The notes beneath the pieces are model-generated. The model saw nothing but the letters and a program-made list of their open reading frames with translations. It was not told where the DNA came from and made no database searches. A stretch of 64,000 bases of DNA, taken from assembly GCA_947487895.1 (NCBI GenBank), contig CANKYF010000007.1, forward strand, positions 12,196 to 76,195, in the 5' to 3' direction. The position numbers were made by a program, and so were the translations under genes. Source of the DNA: an uncultured Flavobacteriaceae bacterium (GTDB lineage Bacteria; Bacteroidota; Bacteroidia; Flavobacteriales; Flavobacteriaceae). Within the stretch, counting starts at the first letter, position 1; the number at the start of each line of letters is the position of its first letter. Below, in pieces: positions 8,756-18,335 of this stretch.

Positions 8756-10300
8756 TTATTTAATTTGATTACCATTTTTATCAAAAAAATGATATTCTAA
8801 GTATGTGTAAGCATCTCTAGGTAAAACCTTTACCCATTTTTTGTGTTCAAAAAACCATTTTGAACGAATAGATGGAAAACCTTTAGTTAAAAAGGCTGCT
8901 ATAAAAGGATGTGTGTTTAAAGTCATCTTCTTATAGTCTTTTCTCAATAATATTTCAAGATCTTGCTCTATTTTTTGTACTATACCAATAGGTGCTTCAA
9001 CTTCAGCACCATTAACACCATTAGGGTTTTCCTCTCTGGTTTTAATTTTCATTTCTGGGCGTACACGCTGTCTTGTAATTTGTATCAATCCAAATTTACT
9101 TGGAGGCAATATTTTATGTTTTGCTCTATCATCTTTCATTTCTTCTCTAAAATGATTGAACAGTTTTTGCCTGTTTTCAGCATTTGTTAAATCTATAAAA
9201 TCTACTACTATAATACCACCCATATCGCGTAAACGCAATTGGCGTGCAATTTCTGTAGCAGCAATTAAATTTACTTCAAGTGCTGTTTCTTCTTGGTTAT
9301 TGGCTTTGTTAGATCTGTTTCCGCTATTTACATCTACTACATGTAATGCTTCTGTGTGTTCAATAACTAAGTAAGCGCCTTTGGCCATAGAAACGGTTCT
9401 TCCAAAAGACGTTTTAATTTGTCTTTCAATTCCAAACTTTTCAAAAATTGGAATTTTAGACTGATACATTTTAACTATTGATTCTTTCTTTGGTGCAATC
9501 TCTTGCAAATAATCTTTTACTTGATAATAAAGCTCCTCATCATTAACATGAATACTAGTAAAGGTGTCATTGAAAATATCTCGTAAAATAGACGAGGCTT
9601 TATTCATTTCTCCTAACACTTTACTAGGGTGATGGGCTTTATGTAACTTTTTACTCATTGCTGTCCATCGACTAAGCAAATTTTGTAAATCTTTATCTAG
9701 TTCGGCTACTTTTTTGCCTTGTGCTACTGTACGAACTATAACTCCAAATCCTTGTGGTGTTATACTTTTAACCAAACGTTTTAATCTGTCTTTTTCAGCT
9801 CGATCTTCTATTTTTTGAGAAATAGAAATTCTACTAGAAAAAGGGACTAAAACAATATATCTACCGGCTATAGAAAGCTCTGAGCTTATTCTTGGGCCTT
9901 TTGTAGATATTGGTTCTTTAACGATTTGTACTAATAACGATTGATTAGATTTTAAGACGTCGACAATTTTGCCGTCTTTCTCAATCTCTTTTTCAAATGG
10001 GAAATTCCTTAAAGAAAAATCTTTTAGTTTACCTGTGCTTACACGTTTTGTGAATTTTAAAAGTGATAATAATTTTGGGCCTAAATCATGATAATGCAAA
10101 AAAGCATCTTTTTCATATCCTACATTAACAAATGCAGCATTTAAGCCTGGAACAGTTTTTCTTATTTTGGCTATAAACACATCACCAACAGAAAAATTGT
10201 TATCATCTTCATCTTTTTGTAATTCAATTAGTTTTCCATCTTTCAATAAGGCAAAATCAACAGTTTCAGAACTAGAACGAATAATCAATTCTTTATCCAT
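8756..10300 (-). CDS. rng: Ribonuclease E/G family
   Basis: S1 domain, KEPISTKGPR, VDVNSG, RLRDMGGIIVVDFID. Confidence 0.95.
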   Translation of the reverse strand: MDKELIIRSSSETVDFALLKDGKLIELQKDEDDNNFSVGDVFIAKIRKTVPGLNAAFVNVGYEKDAFLHYHDLGPKLLSLLKFTKRVSTGKLKDFSLRNFPFEKEIEKDGKIVDVLKSNQSLLVQIVKEPISTKGPRISSELSIAGRYIVLVPFSSRISISQKIEDRAEKDRLKRLVKSITPQGFGVIVRTVAQGKKVAELDKDLQNLLSRWTAMSKKLHKAHHPSKVLGEMNKASSILRDIFNDTFTSIHVNDEELYYQVKDYLQEIAPKKESIVKMYQSKIPIFEKFGIERQIKTSFGRTVSMAKGAYLVIEHTEALHVVDVNSGNRSNKANNQEETALEVNLIAATEIARQLRLRDMGGIIVVDFIDLTNAENRQKLFNHFREEMKDDRAKHKILPPSKFGLIQITRQRVRPEMKIKTREENPNGVNGAEVEAPIGIVQKIEQDLEILLRKDYKKMTLNTHPFIAAFLTKGFPSIRSKWFFEHKKWVKVLPRDAYTYLEYHFFDKNGNQIK

Positions 10301-10514
10301 TAAGTTAATTTTTATCCATACTCTCTAAATTCACAGTCTCACTTTGCAGTTTAATTAATAACTGATTAATGCGACTGATCACTAATTTTGTACAGATGGA
10401 TTAAACAATATTTTTAGATTAACAAAACTAAGGTCTTGTTAGTCTGGAATCACAGGATTTTAACCCGTGGAGCTCAAATTGTATAGAACTCATTTCAAAG
10501 AACGTTTATTAACC

Positions 10515-10543
10515 AAAAAAGTAGTTAATCTAACTACTTTTTT
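10515..10543. terminator. Bidirectional intrinsic terminator after the bS22-like ORF
   Basis: aaaaaagtagtta-atc-taactactttttt. Confidence 0.8.
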
Positions 10544-10546
10544 GAT

Positions 10547-10639
10547 TTATTTTTTCTTTTTGTGACGATTAGCGCGTCTACGTTTTTTACGCTTGTGCGT
10601 CGCTACCTTATGTCTTTTACGTTTTTTACCACTTGGCAT
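10547..10639 (-). CDS. 30-aa basic protein, ribosomal bS22/AURKAIP1-COX24 type (below the ORF-track cutoff)
   Basis: Translated by hand: MPSGKKRKRHKVATHKRKKRRRANRHKKKK*; directly followed by a terminator. Confidence 0.88.
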   Translation of the reverse strand: MPSGKKRKRHKVATHKRKKRRRANRHKKKK

Positions 10640-10683
10640 AAATAGTGTTTTTTAAATTAATACTTTATTTTATAATACGTTTA

Positions 10684-10974
10684 TTACTTTACTTCTACGT
10701 TAGATTTTACTCCTTCAACAAAAACTTTAGCAGGTTTGAATGCAGGAATGTTGTGCGCAGGAATTTTAATAGTAGTATTTTTTGAAATATTTCTACCAGT
10801 TTTTTCAGCTCTTGTCTTAATAATAAAGCTTCCAAAACCTCTTAAATAAACATTATCGCCGCTTTCTAATGAAGTTTTTACTTCTTCCATAAAAGATTCA
10901 ACAGTTGCTTGTACGTCTCCTTTTTCAATTCCTAATTTTTCAGAGATTTTTGCTACTAAATCAGCCTTCGTCAT
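10684..10974 (-). CDS. HU/IHF-family DNA-binding protein
   Basis: MTKADLV, VYLRGFGSF, RAEKTGRNI, PAFKPAK. Confidence 0.95.
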   Translation of the reverse strand: MTKADLVAKISEKLGIEKGDVQATVESFMEEVKTSLESGDNVYLRGFGSFIIKTRAEKTGRNISKNTTIKIPAHNIPAFKPAKVFVEGVKSNVEVK

Positions 10975-11116
10975 TTTTAATTATTTTATTTTTAGATTAC
11001 TATATAATTTTTTAAGGGATGCAAATATAGGGATTTAATATTCAATATTTCAAACCTAATTCATTAAAATTTAATATTATAAACGATTATTTTAGCGCCA
11101 CATATAAATAGTTTTA

Positions 11117-12160
11117 ATGCAATTTTCTGAAAGCGTAATTAATTGGTATTCAATAAATAAAAGAGACCTCCCATGGAGAGAAACTAAAGATCCTTATTGT
11201 ATTTGGCTCTCAGAGATCATTTTACAGCAAACTCAAGTGAAACAAGGGCTGCCATATTACTATAAATTTTTAGAAGAATTCCCCACTGTTTTTCATTTAG
11301 CAAAAGAAGATGAGAGTAAAGTGCTTAAATTATGGCAAGGCTTAGGATATTATTCTAGAGCAAGAAATTTGCATGCTGCTTCAAAATATATTGTAGAAGA
11401 ATTAAATGGGCAGTTTCCTAATACTTATAAAGAGATATTAAAGTTAAAAGGTGTTGGAGATTATACTGCTAGTGCTATTGCCTCTATTTGTTTTAATGAA
11501 GCAACAGCGGTAGTAGACGGTAACGTATACAGAGTATTATCTCGTTATTTTGGAATTGATACACCTATTAATACAACAAAAGGGATTAAAGAGTTCAAAC
11601 AGCTTGCTCAAGAACTTATTGATAAAAAGCAACCAGCTGAGTTCAATCAGGCTATTATGGAGTTTGGTGCGATGCATTGCAAACCTCAAAATCCAAATTG
11701 TAATACCTGTCCGTTTAACAAATCTTGCATGGCTTTAGCTAAACATAGAATAAAAGAGTTGCCAGCTAAGCTCAAAAAAAATAAAGTAAAAAAGAGATAC
11801 TTTAATTTTTTAGTTTTTATTTCTGAAGATGAACGCACTATCTTAGAACAAAGAGAAGGAAAGGGTATTTGGCAAAATCTGTATCAGTTTCCTTTGGTTG
11901 AAACCAAATCTGAAATAAGCTTTAAAGACTTCTCTAATGAAATTAAAAAACATGAACTTATAGGAGGTAAACCATTTAAATTATCACTTTATAACGAAGA
12001 AAGCATCATTCATAAATTATCTCATCAACATTTAAACACTAAATTTTGGATTGTTAATGTTGAGCACCTTTTAGTAAAAGGTATATCAATATCTAAAATA
12101 AATGAGTATGCAGTACCTATATTAATTGGCAATTTTATTGAAAACTTCAATTTTAAATAA
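11117..12160 (+). CDS. mutY: A/G-specific adenine glycosylase
   Basis: RDLPWR, SEIILQQTQV, LGYYSRARNL, VDGNVYRV, CKPQNPNCNTCP Fe-S motif. Confidence 0.96.
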   Translation: MQFSESVINWYSINKRDLPWRETKDPYCIWLSEIILQQTQVKQGLPYYYKFLEEFPTVFHLAKEDESKVLKLWQGLGYYSRARNLHAASKYIVEELNGQFPNTYKEILKLKGVGDYTASAIASICFNEATAVVDGNVYRVLSRYFGIDTPINTTKGIKEFKQLAQELIDKKQPAEFNQAIMEFGAMHCKPQNPNCNTCPFNKSCMALAKHRIKELPAKLKKNKVKKRYFNFLVFISEDERTILEQREGKGIWQNLYQFPLVETKSEISFKDFSNEIKKHELIGGKPFKLSLYNEESIIHKLSHQHLNTKFWIVNVEHLLVKGISISKINEYAVPILIGNFIENFNFK

Positions 12161-12237
12161 CGACCGTTTGTAGTATTTTTTTATTAATTTTAAAAATGAG
12201 TTACAATTAAGTAATTTTGTAATCTAATAATATAATT

Positions 12238-12687
12238 ATGTCAGGAACATTAAATAAGGTAATGCTAATTGGGCATTTAGGTGATGAGGTAAAAATGCAT
12301 TATTTTGAAGGAGGAGGATGTGTTGGTAGGTTTCCTTTGGCAACAAACGAAACATATACCAATAAACAAACAAATGAGCGTGTTACTAATACTGAATGGC
12401 ATAATATAGTTGTTAGGAATAAAGGAGCAGAAATTTGCGAGAAGTATTTAGCTAAAGGCGATAAGGTATATATTGAAGGACGTCTAAAAACTCGCAAGTG
12501 GCAAGATGACAAAGGCAATGAGCGTTACAGTACAGAAATACAATGTGTAGATTTTACGTTTTTAACTACTAAAAAAGATAGTGAAAATAATACTGCTAAT
12601 ATGGCTTCGCAACAACCTCAAGTTGCTAAGCCACAGCAATCTGCTAATGAGTCAGTTCAAGATGAAAACGATGATCTTCCGTTCTAA
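12238..12687 (+). CDS. ssb: Single-stranded DNA-binding protein
   Basis: LNKVMLIGHLG, TEWH, VYIEGRL, C-terminal DDLPF. Confidence 0.96.
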   Translation: MSGTLNKVMLIGHLGDEVKMHYFEGGGCVGRFPLATNETYTNKQTNERVTNTEWHNIVVRNKGAEICEKYLAKGDKVYIEGRLKTRKWQDDKGNERYSTEIQCVDFTFLTTKKDSENNTANMASQQPQVAKPQQSANESVQDENDDLPF

Positions 12688-12738
12688 AAATAAAAAAGTC
12701 TTGTTTAAAGGCTTTATGTTTAACTAATATCAAAATAT

Positions 12739-14043
12739 TTGGACCCTGATCCCGCGAGTTTTATAAGTTTATTTATAGCAGTAGATATATCGATTATCTC
12801 TGTATTTGTTTTGCTGTTTTTACTTTTAATTTGTTCCGCTCTTATATCTGGTGCAGAAGTTGCGTTCTTCTCTCTTACTAAAAACGATTTTGAAGAAAGG
12901 TTAGAAGAAAACTCTAAACGAATGCAATTAGTTTCTAAGCTTTTGGAACGTCCTAAAAAACTATTAGCTACCATTTTGGTTGCTAATAATTTTATAAATA
13001 TAGCCACAGTTATAGTATTTGCCTATTTAGGAGATTTTATGTTTGGTGATATTATTAATCCCAAAGTAAAGTTTGTTTTAGAAGTTATTGTAATCACCTT
13101 TCTTATTTTACTTTTTGGTGAAATTTTACCTAAAATCTATGCCAGTAGAAATAACATAAAGTTTGCTTCTTTTATGGTATTTCCTTTAAAAGTATTAGAC
13201 GTACTGTTTTCGCCAATAAGTTTACCAATGCAAAGTGTAACCTTAGCAATTCATAATAAACTTGGTAAAAGAAAATCTAACTTAAGCGTTGATCAGCTTT
13301 CTCAAGCTTTAGAACTTACAAGTGAGGAGGATACCACTAAAGAGGAACAAAAAATATTGCAAGGTATTGTGTCTTTTGGTAATACAGATACAAAACAAGT
13401 AATGAGACCTCGTATCGATATTTTTGCTTTAAATGTAGAGCAGAAATATGCTGAAATAATGCCTGAAATTATTAATAATGGGTACTCTAGAATTCCTGTT
13501 TATGAAGATAATATAGATCAAATAAAAGGAGTGCTTTATGTTAAAGATTTACTACCGCATATCAACAAAAAACAATTTAACTGGGTAAAACTCATTAAAG
13601 AGCCATTTTTTGTGCCTGAGAATAAAAAGTTGGATGATTTAATGGCAGAGTTTCAGGAGAAAAAGGTACACTTAGCAGTAGTTGTAGATGAATATGGTGG
13701 AACATCGGGACTCATTTCTTTAGAAGATATAATTGAAGAAATTGTAGGAGATATTAGTGATGAATTTGATGATGAAGATTTGCAGTATTCAAAACTTGAT
13801 GAAAACAATTATGTGTTTGAAGGTAAAACGGCTCTAAAAGATATTTACAGAATTATAAAGCTTGAAGACGATACTATTTTTGAAGAAAACAAAGGTGAAG
13901 CAGAAACCATTGCTGGTTTTGTGTTAGAAATATCAGGAAGTTTCCCGAAGCTGAATAGTAAAATAAATTTTGAAAACTACGTTTTTACTATTGAAGCTTT
14001 AAATAAAAAAAGAATTAAACTTGTAAAATTTACCATTAATTAA
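12739..14043 (+). CDS. gldE: Gliding motility-associated CNNM/CBS protein GldE
   Basis: CNNM TM domain, CBS pair (VVDEYGGTSG), CorC domain; directly upstream of gldD. Confidence 0.88.
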   Translation: MDPDPASFISLFIAVDISIISVFVLLFLLLICSALISGAEVAFFSLTKNDFEERLEENSKRMQLVSKLLERPKKLLATILVANNFINIATVIVFAYLGDFMFGDIINPKVKFVLEVIVITFLILLFGEILPKIYASRNNIKFASFMVFPLKVLDVLFSPISLPMQSVTLAIHNKLGKRKSNLSVDQLSQALELTSEEDTTKEEQKILQGIVSFGNTDTKQVMRPRIDIFALNVEQKYAEIMPEIINNGYSRIPVYEDNIDQIKGVLYVKDLLPHINKKQFNWVKLIKEPFFVPENKKLDDLMAEFQEKKVHLAVVVDEYGGTSGLISLEDIIEEIVGDISDEFDDEDLQYSKLDENNYVFEGKTALKDIYRIIKLEDDTIFEENKGEAETIAGFVLEISGSFPKLNSKINFENYVFTIEALNKKRIKLVKFTIN

Positions 14044-14621
14044 TGAGCAGATATTTAATACTCTTTTTGGTTATTGCATTTATGTCTTGTGAAGAAGATT
14101 ATAAACCTAAACCAAAAGCTTTTTTAAGGTTAGATTATCCTAACACCAAATATGTAAAAGCTAATCTTGATGTGCCGTTTAGTTTTGAAACTAATTTAGT
14201 AGCCTCTAAACTATCATCTAAAAAAATGGCGGCTACAACAGAAAGTTATGGTGTGAACATAGAATACAATGATTTAAAAGGGACTATTTTCTTAACATAT
14301 AAAGCTATAAATGGCGATAAAAAGAACTTAAATGCGTTTTTAAGAGATGCTCAAAAGTTTACCTTAGAGCATACTAAAAAAGCAGACGAAATACCTGTGA
14401 CTCCTTATCAAAATGCAGATCGTAAAGTTTACGGAGTTTTATCTGAAGTTAAGGGAAATGTTGCGTCTCCAGCACAATTTTACGTCACAGATAGCGTAAA
14501 TCATTTTTTAACAGGTTCATTGTATTTTTATGTAAGACCTAATTATGATTCTATTTTACCCGCTGCTAACTATCTGCAAAAAGATATGATGCATTTAATG
14601 GAAACTATTAGGTGGAAATAA
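14043..14621 (+). CDS. gldD: Gliding motility lipoprotein GldD
   Basis: Lipobox FMSC, PKPKAFLRLDYP, GNVASPAQFYVTDS, HFLTGSLYF. Confidence 0.92.
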   Translation: MSRYLILFLVIAFMSCEEDYKPKPKAFLRLDYPNTKYVKANLDVPFSFETNLVASKLSSKKMAATTESYGVNIEYNDLKGTIFLTYKAINGDKKNLNAFLRDAQKFTLEHTKKADEIPVTPYQNADRKVYGVLSEVKGNVASPAQFYVTDSVNHFLTGSLYFYVRPNYDSILPAANYLQKDMMHLMETIRWK

Positions 14622-14650
14622 AAAAGCTTCTTTTTGTAAAGAAGCCTTTT
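14622..14650. terminator. Terminator between convergent gldD and the HMA gene
   Basis: aaaagcttcttt-ttgt-aaagaagcctttt. Confidence 0.7.
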
Positions 14651-14719
14651 GTTAATCTGAATTTATTTCAGAATCTGTATATATTGTCATTTCAATATTT
14701 TCAAACTCTTAAAAATATA

Positions 14720-15109
14720 CTATTCTACAGTAGAAAAATCATTAACTGTTTTCATATCGCTCACTTTGTAAATATCGGCAACATTAGTAACAGTAGTTGT
14801 TAAAGAAGTAGTAGATACTTTTGCCTCATTATATTCAACCATAGCTAATTTTTTATCAAAATCTACTTTGGCAGATTTAACGCCTTCCATTTTAGCTATT
14901 TTCTTTTCAATAGTTCTAGCACAACCTATTTCACAGGTCATACCATCAATAGTAAATTCTGCTTTAGCATATGTAGCATTTGGGTCTAAAGTTTTTGAAG
15001 TTTCTGAAGCAACTTCAACAGTTTTTACTTCTGGTTTAGCTTCGTTTTTACAACTAACAGTAGCTAAAACCATTACAGCTAATACCATTAAATTTTTAAA
15101 AATGTTCAT
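14720..15109 (-). CDS. Heavy-metal-associated (HMA) domain lipoprotein
   Basis: Lipobox TVSC; GMTCEIGCARTIEKKIAKMEGV. Confidence 0.88.
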   Translation of the reverse strand: MNIFKNLMVLAVMVLATVSCKNEAKPEVKTVEVASETSKTLDPNATYAKAEFTIDGMTCEIGCARTIEKKIAKMEGVKSAKVDFDKKLAMVEYNEAKVSTTSLTTTVTNVADIYKVSDMKTVNDFSTVE

Positions 15110-15269
15110 TTTAATATGTGGTTATTAAAAATTAAAAAATCGATTTAATTACAGATTAACACTTAATTAATATTTAAAGTAAAATTAAAATCTGTGATAT
15201 TGCAAAATTACTAAATAATTAACGGTTTATTCTGTTAAATGTTGCAATTTTGTATTTCAATTTTACGGT

Positions 15270-16145
15270 ATGAGTAATAGTATTAAATGGCTGTATTTAG
15301 TAATACTATCATTAATTTGGGGAAGCTCATTTATTCTAATAAAAAAAGCCTTGGTTGGGTTAGGCCCTATGCAATTGGGCGCGATTAGAATTATTTTTTC
15401 TGGAATCTTTCTATTTATCATTGGCTTCAATAAAATCAAAGAAATTAAAACCAAAGAATGGCTTTGGGTTGTTTTAACAGGGCTTACAGGTACTTTTTTT
15501 CCATCATTTCTATTTGCATTTGCCGAAACAGAAATTGATAGTTCTGTAGCATCAATACTAAATTCTCTGGTACCATTAAATACCATTATACTTGGTTTCT
15601 TGGTGTTTAAGATTAATTCAACAAAAAGGCAAGTATTAGGAGTTCTTATCGGTTTGATAGGAACAGTAATGCTCATTATGAATGGTGCGTCTGTAAACCC
15701 CAACCAAAATTACTTGTATTCAGCTTTTGTTATAATTGCTACTTTAATGTACGCTATAAATATTAATATTTTAAAGCGTTATTTACAGAATATGAATGCA
15801 CTAACAATAACGGTAGGTAATTTTTTAGTCATCATTTTACCTGCATTTATTGTACTTATTTCAACAGGTTTTTTTAAAACAGAAGTTCTTGCCAATGAGA
15901 CATTAAAACCAGCATTACTTTATATGGTAATTTTATCATTATTTGGAACTGCTATTGCAAAAGTGTTTTTCAATAAATTAATTCAAGCGTCATCACCTGT
16001 ATTTGCTTCTTCAGTAACATACTTAATGCCAGTTGTTGCTGTCTTTTGGGGAGTTTTAGATGGAGAGAAGTTTAGTTTTTTACAAGGTATTTCAACAGTA
16101 ATTATATTAATTGGGGTGTATTTGGCACACAAAAGAAAGAGCTAA
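15270..16145 (+). CDS. EamA/DMT-family transporter
   Basis: LSLIWGSSF, about 10 TM helices, SSVTYLMPVVAVFWG. Confidence 0.92.
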   Translation: MSNSIKWLYLVILSLIWGSSFILIKKALVGLGPMQLGAIRIIFSGIFLFIIGFNKIKEIKTKEWLWVVLTGLTGTFFPSFLFAFAETEIDSSVASILNSLVPLNTIILGFLVFKINSTKRQVLGVLIGLIGTVMLIMNGASVNPNQNYLYSAFVIIATLMYAININILKRYLQNMNALTITVGNFLVIILPAFIVLISTGFFKTEVLANETLKPALLYMVILSLFGTAIAKVFFNKLIQASSPVFASSVTYLMPVVAVFWGVLDGEKFSFLQGISTVIILIGVYLAHKRKS

Positions 16146-16223
16146 ATAATTAAATATCAGCGGTTAAATTTCTAAAACTCAGTTTTTTTCATTAAATTAA
16201 AAGGAATAAAAATCCTAAATAAG

Positions 16224-16676
16224 ATGAAAAAAATATCACTTTCCGTAAGGTTTGGCCTCGTTACAAGTGCTGTTCTTGTAGCTTATTTTTTGATTCTATC
16301 ATTGTTCAACAAACATATAAATCCTGCTTTTAGTTTTTTTAATGCTGTAATTACAGCATTTGGTGTGTATGAAGCTGTGAGGATAAGTAAATTGCAGTAT
16401 TCAAATAATTTTTCTTACGCTCAAGGTTTTAAAATAGGAATAGTTACAGGTTTTGTAGCTACGTTGTTTTTTACCGTTTTCTTTTTGTTTTATGCTACAG
16501 AAATTAATCCTGGTTTCTTAATAGAGTTATTAGGAACATTTAGTGGCAAATACGTTGTAGATATTGGTATGGTTACTTTTATTGTTGCTGTTATGGGATT
16601 GGCTACTACCGTTGTAACAACGCTAGCAGTTATGCAACTTTTTAAGAATAGTAGAAATATTGTGCCGAATAGTTAG
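16224..16676 (+). CDS. DUF4199-like membrane protein
   Basis: Four TM segments, FSYAQGFKIG, FYATEINPGF. Confidence 0.7.
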   Translation: MKKISLSVRFGLVTSAVLVAYFLILSLFNKHINPAFSFFNAVITAFGVYEAVRISKLQYSNNFSYAQGFKIGIVTGFVATLFFTVFFLFYATEINPGFLIELLGTFSGKYVVDIGMVTFIVAVMGLATTVVTTLAVMQLFKNSRNIVPNS

Positions 16677-16750
16677 TTGTAGTATGTTATTAAAAGTATA
16701 TGTTGGTTATTAATAATTAAAAGCATAATTAATAACCAACATAATATTTG

Positions 16751-16849
16751 TTATTTTTTTAATGCATAAGCGGCTCCTTCTGGCAAAGGTTTTAAAAAGT
16801 TATAAATATCTCTTGATATAGCTTTGATTAATACTCTATAAATTTTCAT
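16751..16849 (-). CDS. Candidate 32-aa small protein
   Basis: Hand-translated MKIYRVLIKAISRDIYNFLKPLPEGAAYALKK* in an otherwise empty 400-bp gap. Confidence 0.45.
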   Translation of the reverse strand: MKIYRVLIKAISRDIYNFLKPLPEGAAYALKK

Positions 16850-16984
16850 GAGTTCATCGATTTAATTTTTTAATTATAAAACAAGTAAAAAGCTATATTC
16901 CCTACCTTAGTTTTAATTTTTATGACTCATTTAATTATTTTAAAACACGCAAATATTGTATTTGTTATAATACACTAGAAAACG

Positions 16985-17015
16985 TTTGTAATTTAATTAA
17001 TTAGCAGTATATTTG
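16985..17015 (+). promoter_or_regulatory. Bacteroidota housekeeping promoter for rplU-rpmA
   Basis: TTTG (16985-16988), 19-nt spacer, TATATTTG (17008-17015). Confidence 0.85.
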
Positions 17016-17078
17016 CATCCGCTTTTGAAGATTCAAAAGCGGATTTATAATATATTTAATTAATAAAAACGTTACGCT

Positions 17079-17753
17079 ATGTACGCAATTGTAGAGATAG
17101 CAGGGCATCAATTTAAAGTTGAAAAAGACCAAAAAGTTTTTGTTAACCGTTTACAAACTGAAGAAGGAAAGAAAGTAGCTTTCGATAATGTTCTTTTAGT
17201 TGCAGATGGAGACAAAGTAACTGTTGGCGCCCCGGCTATAGACGGAGCTCAAGTTGGAGCAAAAGTCGTTAAGCACTTAAAAGGTGATAAAGTAATAGTA
17301 TTTAAAAAGAAAAGACGTAAAGGATACCGTGTAAAGAATGGTCATCGTCAAGCTTTAACAGAAATTGTAATAGAAAGTATTGCTGCTTCTGGCGCTAAGA
17401 AAGCTGCACCAGCTAAAAAGGCTGCTCCAAAGAAGGAAGCTCCTAAAGCTGAGGCACCAAAAGCTCAAGCTAAACCAGCTGCACCTAAAAAAGCAGCTAC
17501 AAAAGGTAAAGCAGACGATTTAAAGAAGATTGAAGGTATTGGTCCTAAAATAGCATCTACATTAACTGAAGCAGGTATTGCAACATTTGCAGATTTAGCA
17601 GCTTCTACTCCAGAAAAAATTTCTGAAGTTATTGCTAATGTAAGAGGTAATCATGTTACAGACACTTGGCCAGCTCAAGCTAAATTAGCTTCTGAAGGTA
17701 AGTGGGATGAACTTAAAAAATGGCAAGACGAATTAGATGGAGGTAAAGCTTAA
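17079..17753 (+). CDS. rplU: 50S ribosomal protein L21 with Ala/Lys/Pro linker and C-terminal HhH (DUF4332-like) extension
   Basis: MYAIVEIAG, KKKRRKGY, GHRQ; tail DDLKKIEGIGPK. Confidence 0.96.
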   Translation: MYAIVEIAGHQFKVEKDQKVFVNRLQTEEGKKVAFDNVLLVADGDKVTVGAPAIDGAQVGAKVVKHLKGDKVIVFKKKRRKGYRVKNGHRQALTEIVIESIAASGAKKAAPAKKAAPKKEAPKAEAPKAQAKPAAPKKAATKGKADDLKKIEGIGPKIASTLTEAGIATFADLAASTPEKISEVIANVRGNHVTDTWPAQAKLASEGKWDELKKWQDELDGGKA

Positions 17754-17791
17754 GCTTTAGTTCTTATTGTTAAAAATAAAATCGAAATAAA

Positions 17792-18052
17792 ATGGCACAT
17801 AAAAAAGGAGTCGGAAGTTCGAAAAACGGTAGAGAATCAGAATCGAAACGCTTAGGTGTTAAGATTTTTGGTGGTCAAGCTGCAATAGCTGGTAACATTA
17901 TCGTAAGACAAAGAGGTAATACGCATCACCCAGGTGAGAATGTATATTCTTCTAAAGATCATACATTACATGCCAAAGTAGATGGTGTTGTAAAGTTTAC
18001 TAAAAAGAAAAATAATAAATCTTACGTATCTATAATCCCATTTGAGGCTTAA
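17792..18052 (+). CDS. rpmA: 50S ribosomal protein L27
   Basis: [24 protein letters not shown]. Confidence 0.98.
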   Translation: MAHKKGVGSSKNGRESESKRLGVKIFGGQAAIAGNIIVRQRGNTHHPGENVYSSKDHTLHAKVDGVVKFTKKKNNKSYVSIIPFEA

Positions 18053-18076
18053 GATTAAGGTTTATAATAATATTGC

Positions 18077-18109
18077 AAAAACCCTTTCCAATTACGGAAA
18101 GGGTTTTTT
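18077..18109 (+). terminator. Intrinsic terminator after rpmA
   Basis: aaaaaccctttcc-aattac-ggaaagggtttttt. Confidence 0.9.
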
Positions 18110-18335
18110 GTGTTTTATAGTTTTTATAGCGTAAAAATTAAAAATCAAATACATGAAAATTTAAAGAGAATCTTACAAAAAACAGCTAGTGTTTACTAAA
18201 ACCATTCTTAATGTTAACGCAACTTAAATTAGATATTTTTTCTTACTCCCATATAACGTTAACTTAAACCTTAATTAATAAGCTTGGTAAAGGGGTTTTG
18301 TTATTTCGTAATTATAACTAACAATTAAAACAATT

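Noticed and set aside
10305-10319. Four-codon uORF (MDKN*) upstream of rng, repeating the atggataaa of the real start
   Set aside because: Too short to tell from chance in AT-rich DNA without conservation data
18205-18290. Possible 11-bp-periodic Pho-box-like repeats upstream of the phytase receptor
   Set aside because: Only weak taa/ttaa periodicity in very AT-rich sequence; not distinguishable from background by eye
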